Assembly: GCA_964597345.1 (NCBI GenBank)
Contig: CAZQXK010000008.1
Coordinates: 5,991-69,990 of the forward strand
Length of the DNA stretch: 64,000 bases
Source of the DNA: an uncultured Thermodesulfobacteriota bacterium
GTDB taxonomy: Bacteria > Desulfobacterota > Desulfarculia > JACQYL01
Direction: 5' to 3'
A program made the position numbers and the translations under genes. Positions 59,609-64,000 of the stretch are shown here, in pieces. The notes under the pieces are model-generated. The model did no database searches, was not told where the DNA came from, and was given only the letters and a program-made list of their open reading frames with translations. The first letter of the stretch is position 1. Each line of letters begins with the position of its first letter.

Positions 59609-60700
59609 ATGGGCGATGTTTACGACGATCTCCAGGAACAACTGGATCAGTACTCCGTATTTCCCAAGACCTCTTCGGGTGTGGAACGGGACATCCTCCG
59701 GGGATTGTTTTCCCAAGAAGAGGCGCGCATGTATCTTCTCATGAGTCTTCTCCCGGAGACGGCGTCCCGGGTGGCCGAAAGAACCGGCCGGGACTTGGGA
59801 GAGACGGAAGCGCTGCTGGAAGGAATGGCGGACAAGGGGTTGCTTTTCAGGCAACGGAAACCGGAAGGCGCCCGGTACGCCGCGGCGCCCTATGTGGTGG
59901 GCGTGTATGAGTTCCAGGTCAAGGACATGGACCGGGAGTTCGCCCGCCTGAACGAGCAGTATTTTGAAGAGGCTTTCGGCGAGCAGGCCACCCGGCAGTT
60001 CAGCCTCATGAGACCCATCCCGGTCAATCGCTCCATAGCGGTGGGCTGGCCCGTGGCTCCCTACGATCAGGCCTGGGAAATCCTCAAGGATAAGACCCTC
60101 ATCGCCGTTGCGGATTGCATCTGCAGAAAGCAGCAAAAACTCCTGGATCAAGGGTGCGACAAACCCAGGGAGGTATGTTTCATGTTCGGGTCCCACGCCC
60201 GGTATTACATGGACCGCGGCATGGGTCGCGAGGTGTCTCGCGAGGAGGCCTTCAAGATATTGGAGGCCTGCGAAGAGGCCGGTCTCGTTCTCCAGCCGTT
60301 CAACGCCCAGAATCCGGGAGGAATGTGCAACTGCTGCGGGGACTGCTGCGCCATGCTTCGGGCGCTCAAGAAACACCCGTCTCCGGCGCGGATGACGTTG
60401 TCCAATTACTATGCCGAGGTGGACCCCGAGGAATGCGTGGCCTGCGAAGCCTGTGTGGAACGTTGCCAGATGGACGCCGTTCAGGTGGGGGAAAAGGGGG
60501 TCGCCGAAGTCGACCTGAACCGCTGTATCGGATGCGGGCTGTGCGTGACCACCTGCCCCACAGGCGCCGTCGCCCTCCACATGAAGCCGGAAGAAGAACG
60601 ACAGGTTCCCTGCGTCTCGGGAAAGGAAGCCTTTATGCAAATGGCTCAGGTTCGAGGCAAGTCTCTGATACCCTTGGCGTTTCTGTCCGGCAAGGACTGA
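59609..60700 (+). CDS. 4Fe-4S dicluster domain-containing protein
   Basis: CICR, CNCCGDCC, CVACEACVERC, CIGCGLCVTTC. Confidence 0.82.
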   Translation: MGDVYDDLQEQLDQYSVFPKTSSGVERDILRGLFSQEEARMYLLMSLLPETASRVAERTGRDLGETEALLEGMADKGLLFRQRKPEGARYAAAPYVVGVYEFQVKDMDREFARLNEQYFEEAFGEQATRQFSLMRPIPVNRSIAVGWPVAPYDQAWEILKDKTLIAVADCICRKQQKLLDQGCDKPREVCFMFGSHARYYMDRGMGREVSREEAFKILEACEEAGLVLQPFNAQNPGGMCNCCGDCCAMLRALKKHPSPARMTLSNYYAEVDPEECVACEACVERCQMDAVQVGEKGVAEVDLNRCIGCGLCVTTCPTGAVALHMKPEEERQVPCVSGKEAFMQMAQVRGKSLIPLAFLSGKD

Positions 60701-60762
60701 TCCCCGGATTCCGGGGAACGGTACGGGTTTTGATAGACCGGGTCGTGAGCCCGGCTGCCGAA

Positions 60763-61308
60763 TCAGTACTCGATTCCAATGCGTGCGGGTACGCCGGCGT
60801 GGTAATAATGCTTGCGGTCCCGGATTTCCACCACGTGATCCGCCCGTTGGATCACCAGCGGGTGTGCTTTCTGACCCGTGAGAACGAGATGGGTGCCCTT
60901 GGGTTTGGTTTCCATGAACTCGAGGAGCGCTTCCACGGGGATGAGTTCAAAGTACACCGCCATATTGATTTCATCCAGGATCATAAGGTGATACCGCTCC
61001 CCGTGCATGAATTCCCGGGCCATTTTCAAGGCCCGCTGCGCCTTGACGGCGTCCAGGGTATGGCGAGGGAGGGCTCGGGTCGGGGTCTGTGAAATGTATC
61101 GGAACCCGGGTCTGCCCACAGGCAAGAGGAGGAGATCGTGGGGAAACCAGTCGATGAGGGTTTCTTCCCCCCTGCGGGAAACGGGTTTCATGAATTGGAA
61201 CATGCACACGCATTTTCCGGACAAGAGGGCGTTGACGGCTTCTCCCAAAGCCGAGGTGGTTTTTCCTTTTCCTCCGCCGGTGTATACGCGAATGGTTCCC
61301 GTGTGCAT
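60763..61308 (-). CDS. cobO: Cob(I)yrinic acid a,c-diamide adenosyltransferase (CobO/BtuR)
   Basis: VYTGGGKGKTT, QFMK, ILDEI, LVLTG, GIEY. Confidence 0.9.
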   Translation of the reverse strand: MHTGTIRVYTGGGKGKTTSALGEAVNALLSGKCVCMFQFMKPVSRRGEETLIDWFPHDLLLLPVGRPGFRYISQTPTRALPRHTLDAVKAQRALKMAREFMHGERYHLMILDEINMAVYFELIPVEALLEFMETKPKGTHLVLTGQKAHPLVIQRADHVVEIRDRKHYYHAGVPARIGIEY

Positions 61309-61708
61309 GGAAAGCCTCCGTTGCGATGTGGCCGACATCCGTCAAGAGATTCGTTCATTGAGCGTGTACGAGGGGTATGTCCTTGAAGTGTCGCACCAGT
61401 GTAGTGCCCAAACGGTCCAAATGCAAAGAGAATACTTCGAGGACCTGCGTTTTCCGGACGGCTCCGGGCGACGACTCGTTGAACGGAGACCGTTTATGAA
61501 CCCGGCGGGATAGGTTCGGGGCTCTTTCCCGCCCCTTCTTCCGAGACGTTCCGGGGCCGGAGTGCGCCCCCGGTTTTTTTCGTCCCGGAACCCGGTGATT
61601 CCATTGGATGCGCTACGGGGGGATTGTGCAGTCATGTAATGTGTGGCATGCTAAAAATTCACGGCTTGAAGGCCGTGAGGCGAAATCCATGAACGCCGGA
61701 GGCCCGTC

Positions 61709-62710
61709 ATGAGCCAAGACCTTGAAACCGGCGAATGCAAGGTCGAACAGAAAGCCGAGGAAACTCACCGTACGGCGATTCCGGAGATCGTCCGGCGCAT
61801 CGTGGACTCGTGCAGCGATACCGAGTGCTTTGACCACTTGGGGCCGGGACCCATTCCCTCCCGCCAAACGGTCATCGATACGCTGCAAACCTCGCTTCGC
61901 GTTCTATATCCGGGGTACTTTGCGTCGACGCGGATCGATCCCATGAACATCGAGTACTACCTGGGTCAGGAAGTGACCCGTCTGTTCGATGCATTGTCCG
62001 AACAAATCACCCTGGCCGTTCGGCATGACTGCCTCCGGTACGATCAGCCGTGCAGCCGGTGCACGGACCGGGGACGGAAAACGGCCGTCGATTTCCTCCG
62101 GCGGCTTCCCGGGCTGAGAACGGTGCTGGCGGAGGATGTGCGCGCCGGATACGAAGGGGACCCCGCGGCCAAGAGTTACGATGAGATCATCTACTGTTAT
62201 CCCGGCCTCCTGGCCGTCACCGTATATCGGTTGGCGCATGTGCTGTACGAATTCGGAGTTCCCCTGCTGCCCCGAATCATGACGGAATACGCCCACAGCC
62301 GAACGGGAATCGACATTCATCCGGGGGCCCGGATAGGCCGGAGTTTTTTCATCGATCACGGAACGGGAGTGGTGATTGGAGAGACCACGGTTATCGGCGA
62401 CCGGGTTCGTCTATACCAGGGAGTGACGCTGGGGGCCCTGTCGCTTCCCAAGAACGCGGGAACGTTGTACAGGGATCGAAAGCGACACCCGACGCTGGAG
62501 GACGATGTCATTATCTATGCGGGCGCCACAATCCTCGGGGGGGGTACGGTCATCGGAGCCCGCAGCGTGGTGGGCGGCAACGTGTGGCTCACGGAGTCCA
62601 TTCCACCCGACACCAAGGTTGTCCTGAAGACGCCCGAGCTGGCCTTCAGGGGACCCGATCCCGCGGAATCCTCCGCCGAATGGGGCGGGCTTACTCGGAG
62701 CGCAGGATGA
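61709..62710 (+). CDS. cysE: Serine O-acetyltransferase
   Basis: [30 protein letters not shown]. Confidence 0.93.
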   Translation: MSQDLETGECKVEQKAEETHRTAIPEIVRRIVDSCSDTECFDHLGPGPIPSRQTVIDTLQTSLRVLYPGYFASTRIDPMNIEYYLGQEVTRLFDALSEQITLAVRHDCLRYDQPCSRCTDRGRKTAVDFLRRLPGLRTVLAEDVRAGYEGDPAAKSYDEIIYCYPGLLAVTVYRLAHVLYEFGVPLLPRIMTEYAHSRTGIDIHPGARIGRSFFIDHGTGVVIGETTVIGDRVRLYQGVTLGALSLPKNAGTLYRDRKRHPTLEDDVIIYAGATILGGGTVIGARSVVGGNVWLTESIPPDTKVVLKTPELAFRGPDPAESSAEWGGLTRSAG

Positions 62711-63639
62711 TTCCAAACCAAAATCTGTATTCGGATGTTTCCAAGACCGTGGGCGGGACCCCCATGGTCGTATTGAACCACATGGCGCGGGGGCTTCACG
62801 CGGCTGTTTACGCCAAGCTCGAGTTCAGAAACCCATTGGGCAGCGTGAAGGACCGTATCGGAGTGTCCATGATCGAGGCCGGCATCGCCGAGGGCAGGAT
62901 CCGGGACGATACGGTCATCGTGGAGCCCACCAGCGGCAATACGGGCATCGCCTTGGCGTTCGTGTGCGCCTTGAAACGCCTGCGGCTGATACTCACGATG
63001 CCGGAAACCATGAGTATGGAACGCCGAAAGCTCCTGAAACACTTAGGAGCGGAACTGGTCCTGACACCGGGAAACGAAGGGATGAAAGGAGCCGTGGCCC
63101 GGGCCGAAAATATTGTCTCGGAATCCCCCAACGCGTTCATGCCCAATCAGTTCGAGAACCCGGCCAATCCCGAAATTCACCGGAAAACCACGGCGGAGGA
63201 AATCTGGCGGGACACCGGGGGAGTCGTGGATATTTTCGTTGCGGGAGTCGGAACGGGCGGAACGATTACGGGCGTGGCCGAGGTGATCAAGTCCAGGAAG
63301 AAGGATTTTCGCGCCGTGGCCGTGGAACCCGCCGACTCGCCGGTCCTGTCGGGCGGAATGCCCGGATCGCACAAGATCCAGGGAATTGGGGCGGGGTTTA
63401 TACCCAAGGTTTTGAATACGCGGATCCTGGATGAAGTCATCGCCGTCACCAATGCACAAGCCTTCGAAACGGCGCGGGACCTGGCCGGGATGGAGGGACT
63501 TCTGTGCGGTATCTCGTCGGGCGCCGCCGTGGCCGCGGCCCTGGAACTGGCCCGAAGACCTGAAAATCGGGGAAAGCATATCGTCACCATGCTTCCGAGC
63601 ACCGGCGAGCGTTATTTGAGCACGGAACTGTTCCTATAG
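62707..63639 (+). CDS. cysK: Cysteine synthase A
   Basis: [38 protein letters not shown]. Confidence 0.95.
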   Translation: MIPNQNLYSDVSKTVGGTPMVVLNHMARGLHAAVYAKLEFRNPLGSVKDRIGVSMIEAGIAEGRIRDDTVIVEPTSGNTGIALAFVCALKRLRLILTMPETMSMERRKLLKHLGAELVLTPGNEGMKGAVARAENIVSESPNAFMPNQFENPANPEIHRKTTAEEIWRDTGGVVDIFVAGVGTGGTITGVAEVIKSRKKDFRAVAVEPADSPVLSGGMPGSHKIQGIGAGFIPKVLNTRILDEVIAVTNAQAFETARDLAGMEGLLCGISSGAAVAAALELARRPENRGKHIVTMLPSTGERYLSTELFL

Positions 63640-63717
63640 CGGTCCATCGAACCCCGTCCGCGGCGTGTGTGGCTCATTCTCGAATTTCATTCCTCCTCCC
63701 CGGCGTATACGGGCTTG

Positions 63718-63884
63718 TCAGCCCGTCGATACACTGTATTGCGGGCAGGCCGGTCAAAAACGATGAGATGCAAGCCACGCCTTGGGCGTGGGGCGAATCC
63801 TGAGGAATGAGGCGTACAACCAGTACGCCGCAATGACGAAGGATGAAGCCCAACGACGCAGATCGCGTTTTTCCAACGGCCTGT
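63718..63884 (-). mobile_element. MITE-like repeat, full length
   Basis: Termini and core present; TG on both flanks. Confidence 0.8.
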
Positions 63885-64000
63885 TGTGCGGCAAGTCCCT
63901 GCCTGTGGAAAATCCCGAATCGGAATAGGGCTCGCGCGGAATGTGTCGCATTCTTGTACGGAGCCCGTCGCCGAAACCAACAAGGGTAACTTCCCGAATA

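Noticed and set aside
2303-63884. Dispersed repeats read as a CRISPR array
   Set aside because: Copies are 80-214 bp, kilobases apart and in both orientations, with no repeat-spacer periodicity and no cas genes

Overview
A GC-rich (roughly 60%) chromosomal segment from an anaerobic Desulfobacterota-like (sulfate-reducer/syntroph) bacterium; the taxonomy is inferred from gene content. Left to right it holds: a selenocysteine-containing HdrA/GltD-fusion gene (partial) behind metF; an HcpR-controlled nitrosative-stress island (octaheme HAO-family cytochrome, ferredoxin, HD protein, hcp, NIR/SIR-domain protein, Crp/Fnr regulator, two TTGA-N6-TCAA boxes); TIGR02757, a CDF transporter and an acyl-CoA ligase; a TunR-like recombinase-fold/TOBE regulator; a PAS hybrid kinase, hldE and two nitroreductases; a tungsten AOR with a premature TAA plus two MoaD-like genes; peptidase M15 and an L,D-transpeptidase; HDOD and a second NIR/SIR protein; a sigma54-driven two-component cluster around a DASS transporter; a nuclease homolog lacking its catalytic residues; a secreted caspase-Sel1 protein; a probable beta-barrel; a kinase coupled to a paralogous 3-TM protein; a 40%-His peptide; an MCP with a sigma28 promoter; an unannotated promoter plus 20-codon ORF; a PHP-like membrane protein; a rhodanese/multiheme lipoprotein pair; MarR, a 4Fe-4S protein, cobO, cysE and cysK. 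Fourteen copies of a 150-210 bp structured MITE-like repeat (including deleted derivatives) are scattered through the intergenic spaces. No rRNA, tRNA, CRISPR array or transposase was recognised. Start codons were adjusted by eye from the ORF track where an RBS or family N-terminus suggested it.
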